In this document: positions 53,178-63,551 of the stretch, one piece after another
How the letters are laid out: the number at the start of each line of letters is the position of its first letter
Position numbering within the stretch: the stretch's first letter is position 1
DNA from: an uncultured Chloroflexia bacterium
Lineage (GTDB): Bacteria > Chloroflexota > Limnocylindria > Limnocylindrales > CSP1-4
NCBI GenBank assembly: GCA_963766735.1
Contig: CAVYBU010000004.1
Coordinates: 64,001-128,000, forward strand
Length of the DNA: 64,000 nt
Direction of reading: 5' to 3'
Notes under the pieces: generated by a model
Told to the model about the DNA's origin: nothing
The model's database searches: none
The model's input: only the letters and a program-made list of their open reading frames with translations
Made by a program: the position numbers and the translations under genes

Positions 53178-54035
53178 TTGCATCCTGTCGTCGAGCGAGA
53201 ACAGCTCTCCCCGAACGTCGTCCGCCTCGTCGTCGAGGCTCCGCGGATCGCGAAGGTCCGGCGTCCCGGCCAGTTCGTCATCGTCCGGACGGGGCCCGGC
53301 GGCGAGCGAATCCCGCTGACGATCGCCGACACCGATGTCGAGGCAGGGACCATCACGCTGATGATCCAGGCCGTCGGCGTCAGCACCACCGAGCTCACCA
53401 ACCTGCAGGTCGGTGACGCCATCCAGGATGTCGCCGGCCCCCTGGGCCAGGAGACGGAGCTGCTCACGAGCGGGCACGCGATCTGCGTCGGTGGCGGCGT
53501 GGGCACCGCGGTGATCCTGCCGATCGCCCGCGAGCTCTCGCGGCGCGGCGTCCACGTGACCAGCGTCATCGGCGGCCGCTCGAAGGAGTGGGTCATCCTG
53601 GAGCCGGAGCTCCGGGTCGCGGGCGACGTGGTCGTCTGCACCGACGACGGCAGCTACGGTCGCCACGGCTTCGTCACCCAGGCCCTCAAGGACCTGCTGG
53701 ACGCGGGCGGGGTGGACGCGGTGTACGCCGTCGGCCCCGTGCCGATGATGCGCGCCGTCTCCGAGATGACGCAGCCCTACGGCGTGGAGACCACCGTCTC
53801 CCTCAACGCGATCATGGTGGACGGCACAGGGATGTGCGGCGGCTGCCGCGTGACCATCGCCGGTGAGACCAAGTACGCCTGCGTTGACGGCCCCGAGTTC
53901 GATGCCCACAAGGTGAACTTCCAGGAGCTGGCGGACCGCCTGACCACGTATCGCTCCTTCGAGCAGGCCGCCCTCCAGCGCCAGGCGGACGACGCGGCGA
54001 AGGGGGCCTGCGCGACCACAGAGGTGAAGGCATGA
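53178..54035 (+). CDS. nfnA: Electron-bifurcating transhydrogenase small subunit (SudB/NfnA type)
   Basis: PGQFVIVR, ERIPLTIAD, GPLG, TDDGSYG, MVDGTGMCGGCRV, CVDGPEF. Confidence 0.88.
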   Translation: MHPVVEREQLSPNVVRLVVEAPRIAKVRRPGQFVIVRTGPGGERIPLTIADTDVEAGTITLMIQAVGVSTTELTNLQVGDAIQDVAGPLGQETELLTSGHAICVGGGVGTAVILPIARELSRRGVHVTSVIGGRSKEWVILEPELRVAGDVVVCTDDGSYGRHGFVTQALKDLLDAGGVDAVYAVGPVPMMRAVSEMTQPYGVETTVSLNAIMVDGTGMCGGCRVTIAGETKYACVDGPEFDAHKVNFQELADRLTTYRSFEQAALQRQADDAAKGACATTEVKA

Positions 54036-55546
54036 CCGAGCCCGCGTCCCCGGGACCGGCGGAAGGGTCTGACGACACTCCTGCCAAGCCCGCGCTCAGC
54101 AACAAGGAGCGGATGACCATCGGCCGGGTGTCCATGCCCGAGCAGGAAGGCGAGGTCCGCGCCCAGAACTTCGGCGAGGTCAACCTGGGCCTCACCTACG
54201 AGCTGGCGATGCTGGAGGCGGAGCGCTGCATCCAGTGCCCGAAGCCGTTCTGCGTGGACGGTTGCCCGGTCCGCGTGGACATCCCGCGGTTCATCAAGTT
54301 CCTGCGCGATGGAGACCTCCCGTCCGCGGCGGAGAGCCTCCTCGGCGACAACGCCCTGCCCTGCGTGACCGGGCGCGTCTGCCCGCAGGAGATCCAGTGC
54401 GAGGGCGTCTGCATCCGGACCAAGAAGGGCGACTCGGTCGCCATCGGCTACCTCGAGCGGTTCGTCGCCGACTGGGCCCAGCAGAACCCTGAGGCGCTGC
54501 CGAAGCTGCACCCGACCCAGACCGGCAAGAAGATCGGCATCGTGGGCTCCGGCCCGGCGGGCCTCACCGCCGCCGGCGAGCTTGCCCACAAGGGTCACGA
54601 CGTAACGGTGTTCGAGGCGTTCCACGCGCCGGGCGGCGTCCTCATCTACGGCATCCCGGAGTTCCGGCTTCCGAAGGACATCGTCCAGGCCGAGGTGGAC
54701 CGGCTGGTGTCCGAGGGCGTGAAGATCGAGGTCGACGCGATCATCGGCCGCACCTACACGGTTCCCGAGCTGCGCGAGGAGTTCGACGCGCTCTTCCTCG
54801 CCGTCGGAGCGGGCCTCCCGGTGTTCATGAACGTCCCGGGCGAGAACTACAAGGGCGTCTACTCGGCCAACGAGTACCTGACCCGGGTCAACCTGATGGG
54901 CGCCTGGAACGCGGACTCCAAGACCCCGATCCTCCACGGCCAGCGGGTCGTGGTGGTCGGCGGCGGCAACGTGGCGATGGACGCGGTCAGGACCGCGAAG
55001 CGCCTGGGCGCCGCCGAGGCAACCATCGTCTACCGCCGCTCCGCGGACGAGCTCCCGGCCCGCAAGGAGGAGGTCCACCACGCGATCGACGAGGGCGTGG
55101 TGTTCAACTTCCTCACCGCCCCGACCGAGGTCCTCGCGGACGAGAACCGCTGGGTCACCGGGATCAAGTGCGTGAAGATGGAGCTGGGCGAGCCGGACAA
55201 GAGCGGCCGCCGGCGCCCCATCAAGATCGACGGCTCCGAGTTCACGATCGACTGCGACCTCGTGGTCGTGGCCATCGGAACAAAGGCCAACCCGCTGCTC
55301 ACGGGCAGCGCTCCGGAGCTCACCGTCAACGAGTACGGCTACCTGATGGCGGACGAGTACGGGATGACGAGCATGCCGGGCGTCTTCGCCGGCGGCGACA
55401 TCGTGCGCGGCGCTGCAACCGTGATCCTCGCCATGGGCGACGGGAAGCGGTCGGCCTACGCGATCGACTCCTGGCTGAACGGGGTCTGGCCGCCTGTGGG
55501 GGCCGACACGGAGACGAAGGCGGAGGAGCCCGCCGCCGCTGGCTGA
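54032..55546 (+). CDS. nfnB: Electron-bifurcating transhydrogenase large subunit (GltD/SudA/NfnB type)
   Basis: RCIQC..CVDGCP, GRVCPQEIQCE, GSGPAG, YGIPEFRLP, GGGNVAMD, GAATVILAM; coupled to nfnA, no gltB nearby. Confidence 0.88.
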   Translation: MTEPASPGPAEGSDDTPAKPALSNKERMTIGRVSMPEQEGEVRAQNFGEVNLGLTYELAMLEAERCIQCPKPFCVDGCPVRVDIPRFIKFLRDGDLPSAAESLLGDNALPCVTGRVCPQEIQCEGVCIRTKKGDSVAIGYLERFVADWAQQNPEALPKLHPTQTGKKIGIVGSGPAGLTAAGELAHKGHDVTVFEAFHAPGGVLIYGIPEFRLPKDIVQAEVDRLVSEGVKIEVDAIIGRTYTVPELREEFDALFLAVGAGLPVFMNVPGENYKGVYSANEYLTRVNLMGAWNADSKTPILHGQRVVVVGGGNVAMDAVRTAKRLGAAEATIVYRRSADELPARKEEVHHAIDEGVVFNFLTAPTEVLADENRWVTGIKCVKMELGEPDKSGRRRPIKIDGSEFTIDCDLVVVAIGTKANPLLTGSAPELTVNEYGYLMADEYGMTSMPGVFAGGDIVRGAATVILAMGDGKRSAYAIDSWLNGVWPPVGADTETKAEEPAAAG

Positions 55547-55871
55547 ACTCGGTTCACCAGAATGTGCCAATAGGCACTGCATCGAACCTCGACGCACCCG
55601 GACCATCGATGCCACCGGGTGTTCCCCCACGACTTCCTCACCCGGCTAGTCGGCGGAAGCCGCGTGTCACAGGAGGCGGACCGGACGCAGTCACTCGCAC
55701 TGCCGACCCCGGCAGGCATGCTGGCCCAGCGGAGCGCGACGTCAGGCGGCGCCTCGCAGCAGTTCCCGGCCGGCGTACTCGAGCATCGGCGACCCGGTGC
55801 AGGCGATCCCTCTGACCGCGGGCGCACCGAAGCCACGGAGCACGACGAGACAAGAAAGGACGAAAGCCGGC

Positions 55872-57599
55872 ATGGACAAGATCCTGCGCATCGACATGGG
55901 CGCCGATGGCGGCCCGACGACGACAGTCGAGCCGGTCGATCAGTACGCCGGCCTGGGCGGTCGCGCCATGACCTCGATCGTGGTCAGCAAGGAAGTCGAC
56001 CCTCTCTGTCATCCCCTGAGCGCAGCGAACAAGCTCGTGTTCGCCCCGGGGCTGCTCACCGGAACCGCCGCCTCGACGAGCGGCCGGATCTCGGTCGGCT
56101 GCAAGAGCCCGCTCACGGGCGGCATCAAGGAGGCGAACGCCGGCGGCCAGGCGGGCCAGGCACTGGCGCGGCTCGGCTATGCCGCGGTGATCGTCGAGGG
56201 CGCGCCCGCCGGCGACGACCTGTGGACGGTCAAGATCGACAAGGACGGTGTCTCGTTCAAGGTCGACAACAGCCTCAAGATGACGGGGACGTACGCCACG
56301 GTCGAGAAGCTCGTCGGCGAGTACGGATCCAAGGTCACCTTCATGGTCATCGGCCAGGCAGGTGAGATGAAGCTCGCCGGCGCATCGATCGCGGCCTGCG
56401 ACCGTGAGCTGCGTCCCACCCGGCACATGGGCCGCGGCGGCGTCGGTGCCGTGATGGGCTCCAAGAAGATCAAGGCGTTCATCCTCGACGAGAGCGGCAC
56501 GTCGCTGCGCCAGCCGCTGCACCCGGAGCGCTTCAAGGCTGCCGCGAAGATCTTCAACGATGGTCTCCGCAGCCACGGCGTCTCGGGACAGGGCCTGCCC
56601 CTCTTCGGCACCAACGTCCTGACCAACATCCTCAACGAGGTCGGCGGCTACCCCACCCGCAACTTCAGCTCGGGCCAGTTCGAGGGTGCGACGAAGATCA
56701 GCGGCGAGACCCAGGCCGCGACGATGACCGAGCGCGGCGGCGAGGCGACCCACGCCTGCCACCGCGGCTGCATCATCCAGTGTTCGGGCATCTTCAACGA
56801 CGCAACCGGCAAGTACGTCAGCAAGCAGGCCGAATACGAGACCATCTGGTCGCACGGCGGCCACTGCGGCATCGACGACCTCGACATCATCCAGCAGCTC
56901 GACCGCATGGACGACGACTTCGGCCTCGATACGATCGAGACCGGCGTCGCGATCGGCGTGGCGATGGAAGGCGGCCTGCTGCCGTTCGGCGATGGCGAGG
57001 GCGCCATCCGCGTCCTCGCGGAAGTCGGCGAGGGCACCCCGCTCGGCCGGATCATCGGCAGCGGTGCCGGGGCCACGGGCAGGGCATTTGGCGTCTCGCG
57101 CGTCCCGGTGGTGAAGAACCAGGCCTTCCCGGCCTACGACCCGCGTGCCGTCCAGGGTATCGGCGTCACGTATGCGACCACCCCGATGGGCGCCGACCAC
57201 ACGGCCGGCTACGCGGTCACGGCGAACGTGCTCAAGGTCGGCGGGTTCATCGATCCGCTCCAGACCGAGGGCCAGGTCGACCTGTCGCGCGCCCTCCAGA
57301 TCAACACGGCCGTCATCGATTCGAGCGGGATGTGCCTGTTCGTGGCCTTCCCGGTCATCGACCAGCCGGAGACGTTCACCGCCTTCGTGGAGCTCGTCAA
57401 CAGCTTCTATGGCATCGAGGCCGACGTCACGGCTTTCGGCCAGCAGATCCTGTCGGCCGAGCGTGACTTCAATGCCCGCGCCGGGTTCACGGCGATCGAC
57501 GATCGCCTGCCGCGCTTCTTCGAGACGGAGCCACTCGCCCCCCATGACGTCACCTTCAACGTGACGCACGAGGAGCTGGACTCGGTCTTCAACTGGTAG
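55872..57599 (+). CDS. aor: Aldehyde:ferredoxin oxidoreductase (tungsten family)
   Basis: KSPLTGGIKEANAGG, GRGGVGAVMGSK, CHRGCIIQC, EYETI, DDFGLDTI, GADH. Confidence 0.9.
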   Translation: MDKILRIDMGADGGPTTTVEPVDQYAGLGGRAMTSIVVSKEVDPLCHPLSAANKLVFAPGLLTGTAASTSGRISVGCKSPLTGGIKEANAGGQAGQALARLGYAAVIVEGAPAGDDLWTVKIDKDGVSFKVDNSLKMTGTYATVEKLVGEYGSKVTFMVIGQAGEMKLAGASIAACDRELRPTRHMGRGGVGAVMGSKKIKAFILDESGTSLRQPLHPERFKAAAKIFNDGLRSHGVSGQGLPLFGTNVLTNILNEVGGYPTRNFSSGQFEGATKISGETQAATMTERGGEATHACHRGCIIQCSGIFNDATGKYVSKQAEYETIWSHGGHCGIDDLDIIQQLDRMDDDFGLDTIETGVAIGVAMEGGLLPFGDGEGAIRVLAEVGEGTPLGRIIGSGAGATGRAFGVSRVPVVKNQAFPAYDPRAVQGIGVTYATTPMGADHTAGYAVTANVLKVGGFIDPLQTEGQVDLSRALQINTAVIDSSGMCLFVAFPVIDQPETFTAFVELVNSFYGIEADVTAFGQQILSAERDFNARAGFTAIDDRLPRFFETEPLAPHDVTFNVTHEELDSVFNW

Positions 57600-57665
57600 T
57601 CACCGTTACTCTGGCCTGAGGGCGAGCCGCACCGGTCGACGGCGCGCCTCGCCCTCAGGGCGCGC

Positions 57666-59096
57666 ATGCCTGAGCCGGTGCAGCCGGCGCAAGGGACCTG
57701 GACCCGCGAGCGCACGCCGTGCCACCGGCCGGCCGACCAGCGGGATGGGAGTCTGCGAGTGGTCGTGAAGCGTCCCACCACCGATCCGGCGTCAGGCATT
57801 GGTCTGCCAGCCCACCGGCGCACCCATCCGTCCAAGCTGTTCGTCGAGGTCACGACGCGCTGCAATCTCCGGTGTGCGATGTGCGTGAAGTACGCGCCGG
57901 GGCAGGGCCTTGTCGATGGCGACATGACCGAGGAGACGTTCGAGCGCCTCGCGCCCGCCTTTCCGCACCTTGAGTCGCTGGTGCTCAACGGCATCGGCGA
58001 GCCACTCCTCCACCGGGGCCTCGAGGGGTTCATCGCGCGCGCCAAGGCGAGCATGCCGGCCGATGCCTGGGTCGGCTTCCAGACCAACGGTCAGCTCATC
58101 GGGCCCCGCCGCGCGCAGGCGCTCGTGGCGGCCGGCGTGGACCGGATCGCGATCTCGGCGGACGCCGTGAGCCCCGAGAGGCTCCGCTCGATCCACGGCG
58201 GGGCCCGGCTGGCACCCATCGAGGCTGCCGCCGGACGCCTCCACGAAAGCGCCGCGGCCCTCGGGCGGCGACTTTCCCTGGGCCTCGAGTTCGTCGCGAT
58301 GCGCGACAACCTCGACCAGCTGCCGCTGCTCGTCCGCTGGGCGGCACGCCACCGGTTCGAGTTCATCATCGTCAGCCACCTCCTCGCCTACGACCCGTCG
58401 ATGGCGGAGCACGCCGCATTCAGCCCGGTGTCTGACCGGGCGCTGGCGGTGTACCGGACATGGCGCGCCCGGGCAGAGGCCGACGGGATCGACCTCCGTC
58501 GCTACCTCGAGTCGCGGAACCGGTTCGCACCGCCGGAGGCGGATGGGCGGGCGATCGAGCTGGTGCAGGAGATGGTCGCGGACGCCAGGGCCCGCGGCAT
58601 CTCGCTCCGGATCGCGGATCTTCTGCACTTCGATGAGGCGCGCCTCGAGACCACCGAGGCCGCTTTCGACGAGGCTGCGTCGGTGGCGGCCGTGCTGGGC
58701 GTCGAGCTCCGGCTGCCATCGACGGTGCCCACCCAGGTCCGGCGCTGCGAGTTCGTGGAGGAGGGGTCCGCCTTCGTGTCCTGGGACGGCGACCTCCATC
58801 CGTGCTACTTCCTGTGGCACCGGTTCGACTGCTACCTCGGCGGGGTCGCGAAGACCGTCCGTCCGAGGTCGTTCGGCAATGTGGGCGAGGACGGGATCCT
58901 CGAGACCTGGAACGGGCAGCCGTGGCGGACGTTTCGGGGCGACGTCGTCCGGTATGACTTCCCGTTCTGCTACGACTGCAACCTTGCGATGTGCGACTAC
59001 GTTCGGGACGGCGACTTCGAGCAGGACTGCCATGTGGTCGAAGTTCCATGTGCCGCGTGCCTGTGGTGCACGGGCCCGTTTCAGTGCCTGCGCTGA
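57666..59096 (+). CDS. Radical SAM/SPASM metalloenzyme maturase (AOR-associated)
   Basis: CNLRCAMC, GIGEPL, SPASM CEF..DG..HPC, Cys-rich C-terminus CYDC..C..C..CAACLWC..C; true start may be about 57759. Confidence 0.83.
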   Translation: MPEPVQPAQGTWTRERTPCHRPADQRDGSLRVVVKRPTTDPASGIGLPAHRRTHPSKLFVEVTTRCNLRCAMCVKYAPGQGLVDGDMTEETFERLAPAFPHLESLVLNGIGEPLLHRGLEGFIARAKASMPADAWVGFQTNGQLIGPRRAQALVAAGVDRIAISADAVSPERLRSIHGGARLAPIEAAAGRLHESAAALGRRLSLGLEFVAMRDNLDQLPLLVRWAARHRFEFIIVSHLLAYDPSMAEHAAFSPVSDRALAVYRTWRARAEADGIDLRRYLESRNRFAPPEADGRAIELVQEMVADARARGISLRIADLLHFDEARLETTEAAFDEAASVAAVLGVELRLPSTVPTQVRRCEFVEEGSAFVSWDGDLHPCYFLWHRFDCYLGGVAKTVRPRSFGNVGEDGILETWNGQPWRTFRGDVVRYDFPFCYDCNLAMCDYVRDGDFEQDCHVVEVPCAACLWCTGPFQCLR

Positions 59097-59109
59097 GAGA
59101 CGGCGTCGG

Positions 59110-59907
59110 TCATCCCGTGACCCCGGCTTCGAGATACTCGAAACGGCGTTCGACGCAGCACGGGCAGTCCGGGCGCCGGGGCGAGCCCTCGGCCTGGAGA
59201 TGGTCGTTCGCCCACACGTCGAACGCGGTGAGGCCGCGGTTGAGGTGCTCGCGGTCCCCGACGAGGAGCTTCACCGTCTCTGTCCACTGCATCGCGGCGA
59301 CGGTCACGACGCTCGACGCAAGCACGCCCGCGGTGTCGCAGGTCTCCATCGTGCCCTCCGGCAGGGGCTCTGGAAACAGGCACCGGAAGCAGGCCGTCTC
59401 GCCCGGCAGGATCGTCATCGACATCCCGGTTGAGCCGACCGCGCCGCCGTAGATCCAGGGAACGCCCGCCTTGACGCAGGCGTCGTTGAGGAGATAGCGC
59501 GTCTCGAGGTTGTCCGTCCCGTCGATCACGACGTCGGCGCGGGCGACCAGCGCCTCCACGTTGGCGGCGGTGACATCGGCCACGACCGGCTCGACCTCGA
59601 CCGTGGCGTTGATCCGGCCGACGGCCTGGGCCGCGGCCACCGCCTTGGGCGTCGCGGCGGCGGCGTCGGCCTCGTCGTACAGCAGCTGGCGATGCAGGTT
59701 GCTGAGCTCCACGAGATCGCGGTCGACGACCACCAGGTGGCCGACGCCGGAACGGGCCAGCAGGCTGATCGCCGATGAACCCAGGCCGCCACACCCGACC
59801 ACGAGGACGCGGCCGGTCGCGAGTCGCGCCTGTCCCTCGGCACCGATGCCCCAGAACCGGGCCTGGCGCGAGTAGCGGTCCCCGGTCGCGCGGGCGCTGG
59901 GTGCCAC
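59110..59907 (-). CDS. moeB: ThiF/MoeB family adenylyltransferase
   Basis: RYSRQ, GCGGLG, DRDLVELSNLHRQ, DGTDN, CFRC, TCDTAGV, CPCC. Confidence 0.85.
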   Translation of the reverse strand: MAPSARATGDRYSRQARFWGIGAEGQARLATGRVLVVGCGGLGSSAISLLARSGVGHLVVVDRDLVELSNLHRQLLYDEADAAAATPKAVAAAQAVGRINATVEVEPVVADVTAANVEALVARADVVIDGTDNLETRYLLNDACVKAGVPWIYGGAVGSTGMSMTILPGETACFRCLFPEPLPEGTMETCDTAGVLASSVVTVAAMQWTETVKLLVGDREHLNRGLTAFDVWANDHLQAEGSPRRPDCPCCVERRFEYLEAGVTG

Positions 59908-59910
59908 GGA

Positions 59911-60141
59911 TCACCCGCCACCGATCACAGGGAAAATGGCGAGGACGCTGCCCTCCGCGGGTCGGTCGTCAAACTCGACGTTGCGACCGTTGACCATCAT
60001 CACCCCGACCTCGTGCCGGGGGATCGCAAGCTCGTCGACGATCTCGCCGGCCGTCGGAGGCTCGTCGTAGGTGCGCGTCTCGATGGCAAACCTGCCACGT
60101 TGGAAGCTGGCGAACAGCTTGATCGTCAGTTGCACCGACAC
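59911..60141 (-). CDS. moaD: MoaD/ThiS sulfur carrier protein
   Basis: IKLFA, VNG, C-terminal FPVIGGG. Confidence 0.85.
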   Translation of the reverse strand: MSVQLTIKLFASFQRGRFAIETRTYDEPPTAGEIVDELAIPRHEVGVMMVNGRNVEFDDRPAEGSVLAIFPVIGGG

Positions 60142-60169
60142 CTGCGCGTGACCTCCAACCCGGGCGCCG

Positions 60170-60703
60170 TCAGGCGGCTATGCGGAGCAGGATCTCACGA
60201 TCCCCGGCGATGCGCTCCAGGTCCGGATCGGTGCCCATGATCCTGACCGCCTCGTCATGGGCCAGCACGATCCCGCGGCGCAGGATCGAAGGGCCGACGC
60301 CCGGGATGATGAGGTTGAACAGCTTCACCCGGATGGTCTGGGCCGACTCGTCGCGGGCACTCGAGGAACCCTCGCGCCAGCTGACCTCGGCGCGCATCGC
60401 CGCGTAGTAGCTGGACCGGCGGAGCGTGGCCCCAACGAGCCCCGGCATCGCCGCCGAGAGCGTCAAGGTGGACCCGGGATGGAGCATCGCGCGGTCCAGG
60501 TCATCAACCACCATCGCGTCCACGAACACGGTCGCGATCGTGTGGCGGACGTAGTCGGGCTCGATCTCCAGGTCGATTGCGAGGAAGTCGGCGACCGAGC
60601 GCGCGCCATTGATCGGGACGACGACACCGCGCTGGAACAGGGTGCTGAGATCGCTCCAGGGCAAGCGGTCGGCGGGAATGGTGAGGGCGACGGGACCGGT
60701 CAT
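60170..60703 (-). CDS. Hypothetical protein upstream of moaD with an internal beta-grasp-like segment
   Basis: Coding-like ORF; TVFVD..VDDLD..L.PGSTLTLSAAMPGLVGATLRR. Confidence 0.68.
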   Translation of the reverse strand: MTGPVALTIPADRLPWSDLSTLFQRGVVVPINGARSVADFLAIDLEIEPDYVRHTIATVFVDAMVVDDLDRAMLHPGSTLTLSAAMPGLVGATLRRSSYYAAMRAEVSWREGSSSARDESAQTIRVKLFNLIIPGVGPSILRRGIVLAHDEAVRIMGTDPDLERIAGDREILLRIAA

Positions 60704-61028
60704 CGTCCGTGCATCATTCGGGAGCCACCCGCTCCGGGTCACGGGCCGGATGGACCGTCGAGACGGGGATCCCATGCCCGCGGACGACAGGAAGCCCGCG
60801 CCGGACGTGGACGGACGCGGCCGCCTTTGGTTCCGCACGGCGACCGCGTCCCTGCCCCGGATGTTCGCGCCTTGGCAGATGGCCCACCATGACCCGCTGG
60901 TCCCCTCCTGGTGCGGGCCCACACCGGACCGCCGGATGGTGCGCCCGGGCACCCGCGACCGGCGATGCCGCCGGATGATCGGCCGGGTAGGACCCGGCGA
61001 CGGGCCCGTCAACGCGGCGGCGGGCCAT

Positions 61029-61130
61029 TCAACCAGCGGCGAGCACGTCGAACAGGCGCCAGCCCACGATCACACCCAGGACGGCGGAACCGAGCATGAT
61101 CACGTTGACCAGAAGCCGGAAGCTGGTCAT
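61029..61130 (-). CDS. Unannotated 33-aa single-pass membrane protein
   Basis: MTSFRLLVNVIMLGSAVLGVIVGWRLFDVLAAG; ATGA overlap with the upstream SHOCT gene stop. Confidence 0.6.
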   Translation of the reverse strand: MTSFRLLVNVIMLGSAVLGVIVGWRLFDVLAAG

Positions 61131-61917
61131 GTGCGGCTCTCCAGCTCGGCGACGATCGGCCCCTTCGCGGTCTCGAACTCCTCGACGGTGAGCAGCCCGC
61201 GGTCCCGCATGTCGCCCAGGCGCTCGAGACGGTCAAGCAGCGCCTGGCTCCCCTCTGAGAATCCGGTCCCCTCTTCGGGGGCCTCGTCGGGAGCCGGGCC
61301 GCCGACCGGCTCAGGCACCCCCTCCGCCATCCCGACCGTGGCGTGGGCCCAGGGCGTGTCGGTCGTGTCCCGCACAGGCTGCCCGGGACCGGGCATCGCC
61401 CTCGACGCGCCGATGCCGGCCTGTCCGAGGTGGACATCGAGACCTGCGCGGCGAGTCGCCCGCCAGCCGATGACCGCGAACACCAGAGCGGCGCGAAGGC
61501 CATCACCTCGAACACCACGCCCGGGATGAGCCAGCCCCAGACGATCCCATCTGCCTCGGGCGGCGGATTGAACAGGCCGTAGTCCAGGAAGTTCCAGCCC
61601 AGGGTCGCGAACAGGGCAGTCCACGCCAGCAACGGGACGGCCCCCCAGATACCGCCGAGACGGCTGCCGTACACCATCGCAATGGCGCCGAACAGGAACC
61701 CCCCGAAGATCCCGCCGACGAGGGCGATCGGAACGCCCTCCGGACAGGCCGGCGCGGCAACATACGTCGCCCCGTCGGCGCACTGGCCGCCGATGTCCAT
61801 GACCGCGCGCATGCCCCGGAACATCAGGGTGATGCACATCGCCAGGCCACCCATGCCGAGTGCGGCGATCAGCACGTCGCCGGTCGTCGGGTCCCGGCGC
61901 GATGCCCCGAAGCCCAT
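61127..61917 (-). CDS. Membrane protein with C-terminal SHOCT domain, with an apparent frameshift near 61486
   Basis: Four TM segments in one frame; LERLGDMRDRGLLTVEEFETAK in another. Confidence 0.7.
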
Positions 61918-61970
61918 GTCGCCTCCCGCCCCGCTCCGGTTGACCCGGGCGGGGCCGTGTCAGCGGACCG

Positions 61971-63380
61971 CTAGGGCCGGACGTTCGCCATGCGATCCAG
62001 GATCAGGCGCTTGACGCCCTCGAGCGGCACCCGCTCCTGCGTCATCGAATCGCGGTCGCGGATCGTGACCGCGCCGTCTTCCAGTGAGTCTACGTCCACC
62101 GTCACGCACCACGGCGTGCCGATCTCGTCCTGGCGCCGATAGAGCTTGCCGATCGCGGCGGTGTCGTCGTAGACCGCCATCATGTCGCGCTTGAGATCGC
62201 CCAGGAGGCGGTGGCACATGTCCACGATCTCCGGGCGCTTCTTGAGCAGTGGCAGCACGGCCACCTTGTACGGCGCGAGGTCCGGGTGGAGCCCCAGCAC
62301 GACGCGCGTCTCGCCGCGGACCTCCTCCTCCCGGTAGGCATCGATGAGGAACGTGAACGCCGCCCGGTCGGCCCCGGCCGCCGTCTCGACGACCCAGGGG
62401 ATGAAGTGCTCGTCCGCGGCCTGGTCGAAGTACTCCAGGTTCTCGCCGGAGGCCTTCGCGTGCGCGCCCAGGTCGAAGTCGCCGCGGTTGTGGATGCCCT
62501 CCAGCTCCTTCCAGCCGAACGGGAAGCGGTACTCGACGTCGATCGCCTTCTTCGCGTAGTGCGCCAGCTCGTCCGGGGCATGCTCCCGGAAGCGGAGGCG
62601 CGCGGGACTCACCCCGTAGGCCTCATACCAGGCCATGCGCCGCGGGAGCCACTCCTCGAAGGCCCGCGCGGCACCCTCCTCGGGACGCACGAAGTACTGC
62701 ATCTCCATCTGCTCGAACTCGCGCATCCGGAACACGAAGTTGCCGGGCGAGATCTCGTTGCGGAAGGACTTGCCGATCTGCGCGATGCCGAACGGGATCT
62801 TCTTGCGCGAGCTCTGCTGGACGTTCTTGAAGTTGACGTAGGACCCCTGCGCGGTCTCCGGGCGGAAGTAGACGACCGCGGCGTCATCCTCCACCGGTCC
62901 CATGTGCGAGGTGAACATCAGGTTGAACCGGCGCGGCGCCGACAGCGGCTTGCCGTCGTTGGGGCAGACCAGGCCGAGCCGGGCGGTGATCGTCTCGTCC
63001 CGGAGGTCCGTGGCGGAGAGATCCTCGGCGCCCGGCAGCTCGTCCAGGCGGTAGCGGCGGTGGCACTCGGCGCACTCGACCAGCGGATCGCTGAAGGAGC
63101 CGACGTGGCCCGATGTGACCCAGACCTGCGGGTGCATCAGGATGCCGGCGTCCAGACCAACGATGTCGTTGCGGTCCTGGACCATCGCGCGCCACCAGGC
63201 ACGCTTGACGTTGTTCTTGAGCTCCACTCCCAGGGGCCCGTAGTCCCACACGGCGTTGATGCCGCCGTAGATCTCGGAGGAGGGGAAGATGAAGCCGCGG
63301 CGCTTGGACAGGCTGACGATGGTCTCGAGGTTGGCCACCGCGGGTGCGACGGCGTTGGGATCGAGGGGGTCGGGGGTCAC
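61971..63380 (-). CDS. glyQS: Glycine--tRNA ligase, alpha2 homodimeric type
   Basis: [62 protein letters not shown]. Confidence 0.96.
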   Translation of the reverse strand: MTPDPLDPNAVAPAVANLETIVSLSKRRGFIFPSSEIYGGINAVWDYGPLGVELKNNVKRAWWRAMVQDRNDIVGLDAGILMHPQVWVTSGHVGSFSDPLVECAECHRRYRLDELPGAEDLSATDLRDETITARLGLVCPNDGKPLSAPRRFNLMFTSHMGPVEDDAAVVYFRPETAQGSYVNFKNVQQSSRKKIPFGIAQIGKSFRNEISPGNFVFRMREFEQMEMQYFVRPEEGAARAFEEWLPRRMAWYEAYGVSPARLRFREHAPDELAHYAKKAIDVEYRFPFGWKELEGIHNRGDFDLGAHAKASGENLEYFDQAADEHFIPWVVETAAGADRAAFTFLIDAYREEEVRGETRVVLGLHPDLAPYKVAVLPLLKKRPEIVDMCHRLLGDLKRDMMAVYDDTAAIGKLYRRQDEIGTPWCVTVDVDSLEDGAVTIRDRDSMTQERVPLEGVKRLILDRMANVRP

Positions 63381-63551
63381 GGGGTGGGATCTCCGCTGCG
63401 ACGCGACCGTGGCATGGCCGCGCGGGACCTCGATCCTACCAGCCGGGGTTGGCCCGCGGCCCACGGCAGCTCAGGCCGGCCGCGCAATGGCCAGGGTCCC
63501 GACGGCCACGGCCCCCGCGACCAGGACCGCCCCGGCGTTGCCCGCTCATTG

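Noticed and set aside
54032-55546. Glutamate synthase small subunit
   Set aside because: No large subunit nearby, and coupling to an NfnA/SudB gene indicates NfnAB.
60704-61028. ORFs or a Moco/Wco riboswitch upstream of the moaD unit
   Set aside because: Translations are low-complexity and no conserved aptamer motif was recognised.
63381-63470. T-box riboswitch for glyQS
   Set aside because: Leader is too short and no T-box sequence was seen.
63472-63545. Short hydrophobic frame GNAGAVLVAGAVAVGTLAIARPA on the minus strand
   Set aside because: No in-frame start or SD; at most a gene remnant.
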